Assembly (NCBI GenBank): GCA_017441565.1
Contig: JAFRXG010000033.1
Location: 9,728 to 73,727 of the forward strand
Source: Bacteroidales bacterium
Lineage (GTDB): Bacteria; Bacteroidota; Bacteroidia; Bacteroidales; P3
Reading direction: 5' to 3'
Length of the DNA stretch: 64,000 bases
The notes beneath the pieces were generated by a model. The model was not told the DNA's origin and did not search any database. It was given only the letters and a program-made list of their open reading frames with translations. Positions 20,428 to 29,262 of the stretch are shown here, in pieces. Numbering within the stretch: the stretch's first letter is position 1; the number at the start of each line of letters is the position of its first letter. Both the position numbers and the translations under genes were made by a program.

Positions 20428-22584
20428 TTACTCCACTATCAGTTTCTGGGTGGAACTTCCCTCCGCTGTGGTGAGGGTAATAAAATAGACCCCCTTTGGA
20501 TAGTCTGTCAGCATGATGGTGTGGCTGATGGTCTGCGGAAGCAGCTTCTTGCGCATCACCTCACGACCCGAGGCATCTGCCATCGTGAGCACCCCGCCGG
20601 GGAACGGAACTCCCTCCAACACGCAGCGCACACTGCCCGATGCGGGATTGGGCAACAGAATGAAAGCACTGCCGAGGCTATCCGCTGTTGCAATTCCCTC
20701 CCGGGTTACAAACAGGGCGGTGAACGATGTGTCCTGCGTCACCTCCACATATCGCGGATTCATCGTTGCCCCGTCGTTCCACTGTAGAAAACCATAGGGT
20801 TCCACAGCATAGGCGGTCAGTGTTGCCAATGCACCCTCTTCATACACTCCCCCGCCTGCCACATATCCGCGTTCTTCATAGTTTGCTTCCGCCGTCACGG
20901 TGTATTTAATATCTAGGGGGATATACACCCTCACGCCACGTGACCAGTCGCTGTAGTACTCCGTACTGTCGTGCATGCATATTGCCCGCACGTATGCCAC
21001 ATACCACTGTCCTTTCTCCAAACTATCAATCACCGTTGCGGTGCCACATAATCTTGTATTGCACTGGTAGGCAGGTGTCCCGTCCAAGCCCCATGCAACC
21101 TCCCAGCCCACATGCAGGACGTCCACTCCCGACGCCCACGTGAGCCTCACGCGACCGTCGTCGTCGACCGTTGCCTCCAGACCGTTCACTTCCCTGCATG
21201 TGGGTGGTGGCGTATCCTGCGAGAAGATGGCTGTGAACTGCGTGTCCTGCGTCACCGCCACGAAACGCGGGTTCACCGCTATGCCGTCGTTCCAATACCA
21301 AAAGTAGTACCCGTCTCTTGCATGGGCACGCATCTGGGCAGGATCCCCTTTGCAATAAGTGCTGTCGCTTCCACGTCTATAGTAATTGTTTAGTATGCCT
21401 AATTCGTATGGATCCCTATAGAGATCCTCCTGTGTAAAATGGTAATCGTCCCATGGTGGCCGTTTTTCCAGCAACTCCGCGTAACCCATGCTGTCGTCAT
21501 TGCTGCCCACTTCAACGTTGTATACAGATACTGTATCGAAATAGGCGGTGAACGTGGTGTCCTGCGTCACGAACACGGTGCGTGGGTTGTCGGTCACCCC
21601 GTCGTTCCAATGGCTGAACTGATAACAACTCTTGGCCAAGGCGCGAATGGTCGTGTAGGAAGAGTCGGGATAGAATGCCCTAGGTGTGCCGAAGCCTCGC
21701 GCACTGTCTGCCGACGCCACCTCTACAAGCCACTGCTGTTCGTCAAGGATGTATCCAAAGGGACCAAATTCGGTATATTCACCACCTCCTGGACAATAAA
21801 ACCATGGGCCGTCGGGGTTTTCGCTGTATATATGATGGCTCCATCGAGTATTAATCACATCACAACTGTAGAAGAATCTATATAAGGATGGCATGTGGTC
21901 AAAATGATAACTAGATATATTTGTACCGGGAATAAGTCCATTGCCATACGAGGTGCTGTTGGACGATCCGCCAATCCATAATTCACCGGACAAGGTGAGA
22001 GCCGTGTCCAACAACGCTTCATACACCTGACAGTACTTTCTATAACACAACCCTTCGGCATCCTGTCTTATGCACATCATTTTGGGCTGTGCCGTGTCCC
22101 AACGCACCGTCGCCACACGTCTCACAAAGTTCGAATTTGGCTTTTCGTAGGATGGAATTTCCACATTCGTGTCTCGCACATAAAGGTATAGGTATTCCGG
22201 CAGTCGATTCGTGTCTACAATATAAACATCACCGTAATACCAGTCTTCGCCTCGTCTATTGTGCTCCAGCATCGCCCACAGGCCCTTGATACGGATAGGC
22301 CGGGAAACCTCATTCCGCTGTATATATATACAATTATCACAACAACCATTTATCTCGTTGTACGCACCTGACCCCCACATGTTACTACCTGATCTTATCC
22401 AAAGATTCCAAGGAGGCTGCAGATAGTATTCGGTAGTGTCAAGCCACCTGCTGTAGTAGTAGTTGCTCTGCCGTCCGCAGGACAGCGTATCCCGCGAAGG
22501 TGTCGGCCATGTTGTATATGACTGTGCACACAACTCCGCCGTCAGCAGGACTGCCATTGCTATAAGTGAAACAATCTTTTTCAT
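20428..22584 (-). CDS. T9SS cargo protein: B-like N-terminal domain, three W-x-DG...NPR-x-V-x-VTQDT-x-FTA-x-F repeats, type-A CTD
   Basis: 718 aa with a signal peptide. The repeats are FSHWNDGVTDNPRTVFVTQDTTFTAYF, FWYWNDGIAVNPRFVAVTQDTQFTAIF and FLQWNDGATMNPRYVEVTQDTSFTALF (divergent InlB-B-like). The CTD is LLPNPASGSV...PKGVYFITL...QKLIVE. Confidence 0.8.
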   Translation of the reverse strand: MKKIVSLIAMAVLLTAELCAQSYTTWPTPSRDTLSCGRQSNYYYSRWLDTTEYYLQPPWNLWIRSGSNMWGSGAYNEINGCCDNCIYIQRNEVSRPIRIKGLWAMLEHNRRGEDWYYGDVYIVDTNRLPEYLYLYVRDTNVEIPSYEKPNSNFVRRVATVRWDTAQPKMMCIRQDAEGLCYRKYCQVYEALLDTALTLSGELWIGGSSNSTSYGNGLIPGTNISSYHFDHMPSLYRFFYSCDVINTRWSHHIYSENPDGPWFYCPGGGEYTEFGPFGYILDEQQWLVEVASADSARGFGTPRAFYPDSSYTTIRALAKSCYQFSHWNDGVTDNPRTVFVTQDTTFTAYFDTVSVYNVEVGSNDDSMGYAELLEKRPPWDDYHFTQEDLYRDPYELGILNNYYRRGSDSTYCKGDPAQMRAHARDGYYFWYWNDGIAVNPRFVAVTQDTQFTAIFSQDTPPPTCREVNGLEATVDDDGRVRLTWASGVDVLHVGWEVAWGLDGTPAYQCNTRLCGTATVIDSLEKGQWYVAYVRAICMHDSTEYYSDWSRGVRVYIPLDIKYTVTAEANYEERGYVAGGGVYEEGALATLTAYAVEPYGFLQWNDGATMNPRYVEVTQDTSFTALFVTREGIATADSLGSAFILLPNPASGSVRCVLEGVPFPGGVLTMADASGREVMRKKLLPQTISHTIMLTDYPKGVYFITLTTAEGSSTQKLIVE

Positions 22585-22737
22585 AATATCAATGTTTTTT
22601 TATTGTTAGTTTCTTCTGGGCCGTCGTTTTCTCGCCTCAGCATACAAGCAAGCTTGTCTGCGTTGACTTCGTCTACGTTGCCTGGCTTCGGGGAACCAAA
22701 CAAGTTTGTTTCCCGCTCAACTTTGGCAACTCCCGGC

Positions 22738-24237
22738 TTATCGAAAACGTTCATTACAATTATTACAAATAATATCTAGGTCGATGTCTATTGTGTTTGT
22801 TTCTGACTGTTCCCATTTAAAAATAACCTTTTTACCGTATTTCCAAGTGATTTCTAGAGGGTTGGCATGACGTCCGGGAATGACCTCATATTGGTTGTTT
22901 GTCACATCGAAACATGACGGCAAAGACAATTGATTGATATTTTGGTCAAACAGGTGGAACCCAAAGGAATTGTCATGTCCTGATATATCTATGTGTGCAC
23001 CAAATATTTTTTGCGTTAGCGAGTTATACGTGTATGAGCCATTTGTCAGCCAGGTAACAATGTGAGACGACCCACTTTGCACAGGTATGGTTATTAGGCC
23101 ATTTGTGTGTGTGTTGTCTGTCGACAATACAAATAGTTTGTTGGTATTATACAGATTCCCAATTTCTTTTATTACTGCATGTAGACCTGCCTGATAGAAG
23201 AGGCTGTTGCTGTATTGCTGTGCGTTGTGAAACAGGAATAGACGGATTCCTCCCATGCTCCCGTCCCACTTTTCCACTCCAAAAGCAACACCGACCATAT
23301 TATACGAGTCATTGATGTGGAACAGTCTCATCGGAGCATTGTTGTAATGAAAGAAGTAGTTTTCGTTCGATAACATGTTATATCTAAACATGTTATGGCT
23401 TGAAATTGGATTGTAGGTGTGGTTGCAGCCGTCAAGGTCAAACCTATCCAACAAGAATATCTGGTGATTAATGTCGTAATCGTAGGATTCTGGCAAGTTG
23501 TCGTTACCGCAGGTGTATTGGGCCAACAGCGTTATGCTGTCCTTAAATGTCATGATGTCCGAGAAGACAATCTCGGGTCTTCCGGATATGGTGTCAATCC
23601 TTTTTATCCATGTCGACCCGGTGTCTTCTAGTTCTAAAATACAGGCAACTTTTTTAGTTTTTTCAGTTCCGATTGCACTGATCAATACTGGTGTTTCATC
23701 GGTTTTACTGATTGCAAGCCGTGTTAATTGTGTCGTTTCTGAAAAGGTCTGATAATACACAGAACCATATCCATACAGCATGTCATTTATTATAAAACGT
23801 CCCACAAAACCCATGGTTATATGCTCTCCGTTTAGGTTTAGCTTAGGGGTAACAACCTTGCCACAGAAATAACAAGTCCCATCGAACAGCCTCATGTCTG
23901 AAATAGAAATTGTAGAACACAAACAACCCGGACAACAATCAACGAATACTGCAGAAAAAGCAGCCACAGGAGTCATATTATTTCCCCTTACAACAAATAT
24001 ATGGCGACCTAACCCACTTATTGTTTTCTCATGGATATAGGTTACATGGTTTTGATTGTTGCTCCTTACTATGCTTTCCCATTCAGTAAGGTTGTTGTAC
24101 TTGGTCCACTCACTCTGACAAGGGGATTGATACTCCCTAACTAAGCTGTCGTTCTGCCCTTGGACGATTGTTGAGACTGCCGTCAGCAATAATAATGCGA
24201 CACCCCGGACACTCTTTTTAAACGATAATATCATCAT
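22738..24237 (-). CDS. secreted protein of unknown function, distant paralog of family 'A' (223..1581)
   Basis: 499 aa with an N-terminal signal or anchor. The block ISDMRLFDGTCYFCGKV...GSVYYQTF...LTRLAISK parallels the A protein. The coding sequence is markedly AT-rich. Confidence 0.6.
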   Translation of the reverse strand: MMILSFKKSVRGVALLLLTAVSTIVQGQNDSLVREYQSPCQSEWTKYNNLTEWESIVRSNNQNHVTYIHEKTISGLGRHIFVVRGNNMTPVAAFSAVFVDCCPGCLCSTISISDMRLFDGTCYFCGKVVTPKLNLNGEHITMGFVGRFIINDMLYGYGSVYYQTFSETTQLTRLAISKTDETPVLISAIGTEKTKKVACILELEDTGSTWIKRIDTISGRPEIVFSDIMTFKDSITLLAQYTCGNDNLPESYDYDINHQIFLLDRFDLDGCNHTYNPISSHNMFRYNMLSNENYFFHYNNAPMRLFHINDSYNMVGVAFGVEKWDGSMGGIRLFLFHNAQQYSNSLFYQAGLHAVIKEIGNLYNTNKLFVLSTDNTHTNGLITIPVQSGSSHIVTWLTNGSYTYNSLTQKIFGAHIDISGHDNSFGFHLFDQNINQLSLPSCFDVTNNQYEVIPGRHANPLEITWKYGKKVIFKWEQSETNTIDIDLDIICNNCNERFR

Positions 24238-24301
24238 AACATTATGATTTAGTATGTATTATAACAAAAGTCGGAATGATATCCTGACTGATTTTACCAT
24301 A

Positions 24302-24309
24302 CAAATATA
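24302..24309 (-). promoter_or_regulatory. candidate -7 box (TATATTTG on the minus strand)
   Basis: The plus strand reads caaatata, about 65 nt upstream of the start at 24237. Confidence 0.35.
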
Positions 24310-24425
24310 AAAAAACTTTTTGAATTAAACACAAATGTATGACGAAAAGTTGTTTTTTTACGGTTATGCATGGACGATTGTCTTCTATTTTATGGTTCTT
24401 CCAACAAATGCGTAGATGAGGTGAA

Positions 24426-24526
24426 GGAATAGTCCAGTGGACTATTCCGATAGCGTTAACGGAGAAACAACCCTCGCGGTTGTAGGCTGCCTCAAAGCAG
24501 CCTTCCGCCGATTCGAACACGGCGGA
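24426..24526. other. four consecutive stem-loops (candidate structured RNA or operator array)
   Basis: 24426-24448 is a perfect 10-bp stem ggaatagtcc/ggactattcc with a 3-nt loop. 24467-24483 is acaacc/ggttgt, 24484-24503 is aggctgc/gcagcct, and 24504-24526 is tccgccg/cggcgga. Confidence 0.45.
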
Positions 24527-24735
24527 AAGCGAGCGTCCAAGAATTTACTCTTGAGACCGAGCCAAAGCCGTGTCTGCCTAAGCAAACACGGCGGAGGGCG
24601 AGCGTCCGAGAATTTACTCTTGAGACCGAGCCAAAGCCGCGTCTGCCTAAGCAAACACGGCGGAGGGCGAGCGTCCGAGAATTTACTCTTGAGACCGAGC
24701 CAAAGCCGCGTCAGCGTCAGCTAACACGGCGGAAA
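24516..24735. repeat. 69-bp tandem repeat, about 3.2 copies
   Basis: Units start at 24516, 24585 and 24654, with a partial unit at 24723. The unit is aacacggcggagggcgagcgtccgagaatttactcttgagaccgagccaaagccgcgtctgcctaagca, and copies differ at only a few positions. Confidence 0.9.
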
Positions 24736-24915
24736 TTTTCCCAAAACATTGAAAAACGACAAACGACAAACGACATTTTTCGTATCGGCGGGCCTTTGCT
24801 TTTTGGCAAAAGGCAACCGCGTTTTATTCACCGCTTCGCTATCGGACTCCCCACTGGGGACTCCTTCTCTTTTCCGCTTCGCTATCGGGAAAGCCCACAG
24901 GACTTCCCCTTCACC

Positions 24916-25947
24916 TTACGGGTTCAACTGCGCCCTGCGGGCCCAGTGCTCGTTGAAGTCTTCGAGGTTGCGCTTCAACAGGGTGGGGATGTCGAGATGA
25001 TAGGGACAGCGTTCCTTGCAGAGACCACATTCCACGCAGTCGTTCACCTTCTGCATCTTCTCGTTGAACTCGTCGGTGAGGTAGACGCTGTAGGGTGCAC
25101 GACGCAGGAAGAGGTACATGCGGTTGCAGCTCTCAATCTCGATGCCCACAGTGCAAGGCTGGCAGTAGCCGCATCCGCGGCAGAAGTCGCCGCACAGCTC
25201 CTTGCGGTCTTGCTCGATGCGGGCTCGCATCTCGTCGTCAAGCACCGGCGGATTCTCTTGGAAGGAGATAAACTCGTCCAGCTCGCTTTCGCGCTGTATG
25301 CCCCAGATGGGTTCCACGTAGGGGAACTGTGCCAGATAGGCGTAGGCGGTGGCGGCGTGATTGATAAGACCTCCCGCCAGACCCTTCATGGCAATGAATC
25401 CCATACCGTGGTCGCGGCAGCTCGCAGCCAAGGCATGTTCCGCCTCGTTAGCCAAGTAAGAGAAGGGGAACTGCAATGTCTCATACAACCCGCTCTCCAC
25501 AGCCTCGCGCGCCACCGCCATACGGTGGTTCGTCAGTCCGATGTGGCGTATCTTGCCCTGCTGCTTGGCTTCAAGCATTGCCTCGTAGAGGCCCGTGCCA
25601 TCGCCCGGTTTGGGGCAGAACGGGAGGTTGTGGAACTGGTATAGGTCCACATAGTCGGTCTTCATCAGCCGCAGACTGGTCTCCAGCTGATTCCAGAAGT
25701 CCTCCACCTTGGTGGCACCCGTCTTGGTGCTGATAATCACCTTGTCACGGCGGTCGCCGAAAGCTGCACCAATCTTCTCCTCGCTGTCGGTATAAAAGCG
25801 GGCGGTATCAAAATAATACATGCCGTAGTCCAATGCTTTGTGCAGCAGACGGACTGTCTCGGCCAGGCTGATACGCTGTATGGGCAGTGCTCCGAAACCA
25901 TTCTTTGGCACCACGAGCCCCGTACGGCCTAATGTTACTGTTTGCAT
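24916..25947 (-). CDS. aldo/keto reductase with C-terminal 4Fe-4S ferredoxin-type domain
   Basis: 343 aa with LGRTGLVVPKNGFGALPIQR, YFDTARFY and the Cys clusters CRGCGYCQPC and CVECGLCKERCP. Confidence 0.85.
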   Translation of the reverse strand: MQTVTLGRTGLVVPKNGFGALPIQRISLAETVRLLHKALDYGMYYFDTARFYTDSEEKIGAAFGDRRDKVIISTKTGATKVEDFWNQLETSLRLMKTDYVDLYQFHNLPFCPKPGDGTGLYEAMLEAKQQGKIRHIGLTNHRMAVAREAVESGLYETLQFPFSYLANEAEHALAASCRDHGMGFIAMKGLAGGLINHAATAYAYLAQFPYVEPIWGIQRESELDEFISFQENPPVLDDEMRARIEQDRKELCGDFCRGCGYCQPCTVGIEIESCNRMYLFLRRAPYSVYLTDEFNEKMQKVNDCVECGLCKERCPYHLDIPTLLKRNLEDFNEHWARRAQLNP

Positions 25948-26043
25948 AGTATAAGGATTAAGAACTATAAATTAAGAGCTAAGAACTAATCAGCCGACAG
26001 GGTTCTGTCACACTTCTTAGCCCTTAGCTCTTACTTCTTATCG
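25948..26043. repeat. intergenic inverted repeat (intercistronic hairpin)
   Basis: taagagctaagaa pairs with ttcttagcccttagctctta. It lies between the MFS stop and the AKR start and is built from short ttcttag/ctcttac words. Confidence 0.5.
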
Positions 26044-27663
26044 CTATTTAATGTTCGGTTCTTCGAGACCGTAGCCTTTCTTCTTGTCGACGGCTCTGAG
26101 GTATATCGAAATCAGCAATGCTGCAATACCGAGGGCTGCCAGCATCACAAGTGCCATGGTGTAGTCGAGCTCATGGGCAGCGGTACCAGCCTCGTTGGTC
26201 TTGTTGAGCACAATACCGATGAGGGCGGGGAAGAGACCCAGGCCGATATTCTGAATCCAGAAGATGGCGGCATAAGCCGAACCGATAATTTTTTCGTCAA
26301 CCAGCTTAGGCACAGAGGGCCAAAGGGCGGCGGGCACGAGTGAGAAACTTGCACCCAGCACAAGGATGGTGACGTAAGCCACTACCGTGCCACCCACTGC
26401 ATTGCCTTTGAAGGCAGGCAGGATAAAGGCAAAGGTGAGGTGGCAAATCACAAGGAGGATGGAGCCGAGCATCAGCATCGAAGCGGCCTTGCCCTTGTGA
26501 TCCACGTAGTTGCCAAGGATAGGCGTGATGGCCACAGCCAGCAGCGGGAACACAGCAAAGATAGTCTCGGCAGTGCCGCGCATATAACCCATGTAGCAAT
26601 ATACCACCAGTGCCACCACGGCCAGAGCCATCAGACCGAATTTCAGTCCTTTCTTCTTAGAGAAATTGCTTGCAAAAGCACATACGGCCACGACCAGCAT
26701 GATAATGTACTGCACAATAGTCACCGACTCACCCGCCCAATAGGTGCCAGGGGCGGCGGGGTTGAGCGTCAAGTTGCACTGCAACATGTTGACGGCATAT
26801 TTCTGGAAGGGGAAGATGGCACTATAATAAAGTACGCAGAGCAGGGCCACCAGCCAGAAACCGAGGCTGGAGAAAATCTTGCCCAGGTCGCTGATTTTGA
26901 ATGGGTCGTCCTTCTCCTCGGCTTCGCCGGTCTGGCTGTCGAGTTTCTTGTCCATGAAGAAATAGGTGATAAACATGATGAGGGCGATGCAGAGCAGCAC
27001 CACGCCGAATTTCACGGAGTTGTCGACATGGATTTCGCCGCCCAACTTGGCAAAGTAGGGCGAGAAAATCATGCAGGTGGCAACGCCCAAGCGGGCCAAA
27101 GCCATCTCAGAGCCCATTGCCAAAGCCGTCTCACGTCCTTTAAACCATTTCACAATACCACGGCTCACCGTGATACCGGCCATTTCGCAGCCGCAGCCGA
27201 ACAGCATAAAGCCGCAGGCCGCCAACTTGGCCGAAGCGGGCATCCCAGCCGCGAAGGGCAGAATGGCTCCGATAACCGGCAACTCGCCATTCCAGTTTAA
27301 GTGATTGGTGAACCAAGCCTCCGTAGCGGTGCCAATAAACGCATCGCTGACAGCATAATACTTAATTATGCCGCCAACCAGCATCACCGCACCGGAGAGT
27401 ACGGCAGTGAATCTCACCCCCATCTTGTCAAGGATGATACCCGCAAAGATGAGGAAGAACACATAGACATTAAGGAACACCTCGGCACCCTGCATACGCC
27501 CGAAGGCGGCGCTGTCCCAGCCCCGTTCGGTCTGCATAAAGTCCTTAATTGGGGACAGAATGTCCATAAAAATGTAACTGCAAAACATGGCCAACGCCAG
27601 CAGCAACAGCGCAATCCAACGCATGGCAGCACTGTCGCGGAGAGTTTTAACTGTTTCTGTCAT
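26044..27663 (-). CDS. MFS transporter
   Basis: 539 aa with about 12-14 hydrophobic helices and a central hydrophilic loop (DSQTGEAEEKDDPFK). Confidence 0.8.
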   Translation of the reverse strand: MTETVKTLRDSAAMRWIALLLLALAMFCSYIFMDILSPIKDFMQTERGWDSAAFGRMQGAEVFLNVYVFFLIFAGIILDKMGVRFTAVLSGAVMLVGGIIKYYAVSDAFIGTATEAWFTNHLNWNGELPVIGAILPFAAGMPASAKLAACGFMLFGCGCEMAGITVSRGIVKWFKGRETALAMGSEMALARLGVATCMIFSPYFAKLGGEIHVDNSVKFGVVLLCIALIMFITYFFMDKKLDSQTGEAEEKDDPFKISDLGKIFSSLGFWLVALLCVLYYSAIFPFQKYAVNMLQCNLTLNPAAPGTYWAGESVTIVQYIIMLVVAVCAFASNFSKKKGLKFGLMALAVVALVVYCYMGYMRGTAETIFAVFPLLAVAITPILGNYVDHKGKAASMLMLGSILLVICHLTFAFILPAFKGNAVGGTVVAYVTILVLGASFSLVPAALWPSVPKLVDEKIIGSAYAAIFWIQNIGLGLFPALIGIVLNKTNEAGTAAHELDYTMALVMLAALGIAALLISIYLRAVDKKKGYGLEEPNIK

Positions 27664-27707
27664 AGTATTACCATTTTTAATTTACGATTTTTTTTCAAAT
27701 GAGGATG

Positions 27708-27715
27708 CAAAGATA
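27708..27715 (-). promoter_or_regulatory. candidate -7 box (TATCTTTG on the minus strand) for the MFS/AKR operon
   Basis: The plus strand reads caaagata, 45 nt upstream of 27663. It is divergent from the box at 27729. Confidence 0.5.
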
Positions 27716-27728
27716 CGAATATTTTTTG

Positions 27729-27736
27729 TATTTTTG
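27729..27736 (+). promoter_or_regulatory. candidate -7 box TATTTTTG
   Basis: 32 nt upstream of the ATG at 27768. Confidence 0.5.
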
Positions 27737-27767
27737 CAAATTCAAATGCACAATTCTTAATTTTTAA

Positions 27768-28460
27768 ATGAATATCCACCCCGACACCCTCCCATTCTTC
27801 GACGACTTGTTGGTGAACAACAATCGTGACTGGTTCAACGACAACAAGTCGCGTTGGACGGCCATTCGTGACCAGTTTGTCGAGTTCACCCAAGCACTTA
27901 TCGACGTTATGACGCCTCTCGACCCCGCCTTGGGCAACCTACAGGCCAAACAATGCGTCTACCGCATTTACCGCGACCTCCGCTTCACCACCGACAAACG
28001 CCCATACAAGACCCACATCGCCTGCTTCCTCCCTGTCGGCGGCGACCGCACGCAGTGTGTGCCAGGCTACTATTTGCAATTAGGGCAGGGCGACTATGGC
28101 CTAGAGGGCGGCTGTTCTCTCGGCGGCGGCATCTTTATGCCTTCACCCGCACAGCTTGCCGCCATACGGCAAGAAATCTTCTACTGTCCCGACGAGTTCA
28201 AGGCCATCCTCGCACAGAAAGACTATCACCGATACTATGGCGACAGCTTCTTCACCAGCCGCAAACTCAGCCGCCCGCCCAAAGGCTACCCCTCCGACTG
28301 GCCCGATATCGACCTGCTCAAATACCGCGACTACTGTAGCATGCACACCATGCAGAAGAATCTCATTGGCTCTGACCAGTTCTTCGACCACGTCGTCAAG
28401 GCATGGCGTGCCACCGTTCCTCTCAACCGCTTCATCGAACGTGCCCTCAACCTTATCTAA
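27768..28460 (+). CDS. DUF2461 (TIGR02453) family protein
   Basis: FFDDLLVNNNRDWFNDNKSRW and IYRDLRFTTDKRPYKTH. Confidence 0.8.
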   Translation: MNIHPDTLPFFDDLLVNNNRDWFNDNKSRWTAIRDQFVEFTQALIDVMTPLDPALGNLQAKQCVYRIYRDLRFTTDKRPYKTHIACFLPVGGDRTQCVPGYYLQLGQGDYGLEGGCSLGGGIFMPSPAQLAAIRQEIFYCPDEFKAILAQKDYHRYYGDSFFTSRKLSRPPKGYPSDWPDIDLLKYRDYCSMHTMQKNLIGSDQFFDHVVKAWRATVPLNRFIERALNLI

Positions 28461-28473
28461 CTCCATCTAACAA

Positions 28474-29262
28474 ATGCAAGCACTTGTCACAGGAGCCACT
28501 TCGGGCATGGGTCTAGAATACTGCCGCCAGCTCGCCCAACGCGGACATCACCTCGTCATGGTCTCCAACCAACAGGAGCTGCTCGACACTCTTCCAGCTC
28601 AACTCTCTCAGCAATATCACGTCAACGCCATTGGCCACTACCAAGACCTCGCCACCCCCGATGCCGCACAACTGCTTTACGATTGGTGCGGCAAACAGCA
28701 TCTACAAGTTGACATTCTCATCAACAACGCCGGCATGTTCTTCTTTCACGAACTCACCCCCGACTACACCAGCCGTTCCGAAGCCATGCTTGCCCTCCAC
28801 GTGTTCACCCCCACTCGTCTCTGTCTTCTTTTTGGTCAAGACATGAAGCTCCGCCGTCAGGGATACATCATCAACGTCTCCAGCTTGGCTGCTCAGCTGC
28901 CCACCCCCGGCATCACCCTTTATGCTGCCACCAAGGCTTATCTCAAGAGTTTCTCCAAGTCGCTATACTTCGAGATGCGCCCCTACGATGTGGGGGTCAC
29001 CACCGTTCTGCCCGCCGCCATAGCCACCCCCCTCTACAACCTTAATCCACGAAAACTTTCCCTGTTCTCCAAAATCGGACTCATCCGCTCCCCCCAATGG
29101 CTCGTAAGATGCGCTCTTAAAGGCATGTTCCGAAAACGGCGAACCGTCAAACCCGGTCTGATGAACTATCTGGCACCCCTCCTTCTCAAGCTCCTCCCAA
29201 ACCACTTGGAGACACGCATCTGGACAAAGTTCTCAACCCGCCAACCTCTCCGCCATTCATGA
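28474..29262 (+). CDS. SDR-family oxidoreductase
   Basis: TGATSGMG, NNAG and YAATKAY (YxxxK). Confidence 0.85.
   Translation: MQALVTGATSGMGLEYCRQLAQRGHHLVMVSNQQELLDTLPAQLSQQYHVNAIGHYQDLATPDAAQLLYDWCGKQHLQVDILINNAGMFFFHELTPDYTSRSEAMLALHVFTPTRLCLLFGQDMKLRRQGYIINVSSLAAQLPTPGITLYAATKAYLKSFSKSLYFEMRPYDVGVTTVLPAAIATPLYNLNPRKLSLFSKIGLIRSPQWLVRCALKGMFRKRRTVKPGLMNYLAPLLLKLLPNHLETRIWTKFSTRQPLRHS

Noticed and set aside
24504-24526. tRNA T-arm-like string (the minus strand reads ccgccgTGTTCGAATcggcgg), suggesting a tRNA or tmRNA fragment.
   Set aside because: The loop is 9 nt rather than 7. No acceptor, D or anticodon arms with correct spacing can be built on either strand.
24437-24724. 95-aa ORF giving a 23-residue tandem-repeat protein (GGRASENLLLRPSQSRVCLSKH x3), plus the antisense 70-aa ORF.
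   Set aside because: These ORFs are generated by the 69-bp DNA repeat. There is no signal peptide, no plausible start context, odd composition, and both strands are open. I treated the region as non-coding, although the in-frame unit length is noted.
24516-24735. Possible CRISPR array. The same was considered for the 33-bp repeats at 32638-32716.
   Set aside because: The units are directly abutting tandem copies with no unique spacers, and no cas genes are present in the window.
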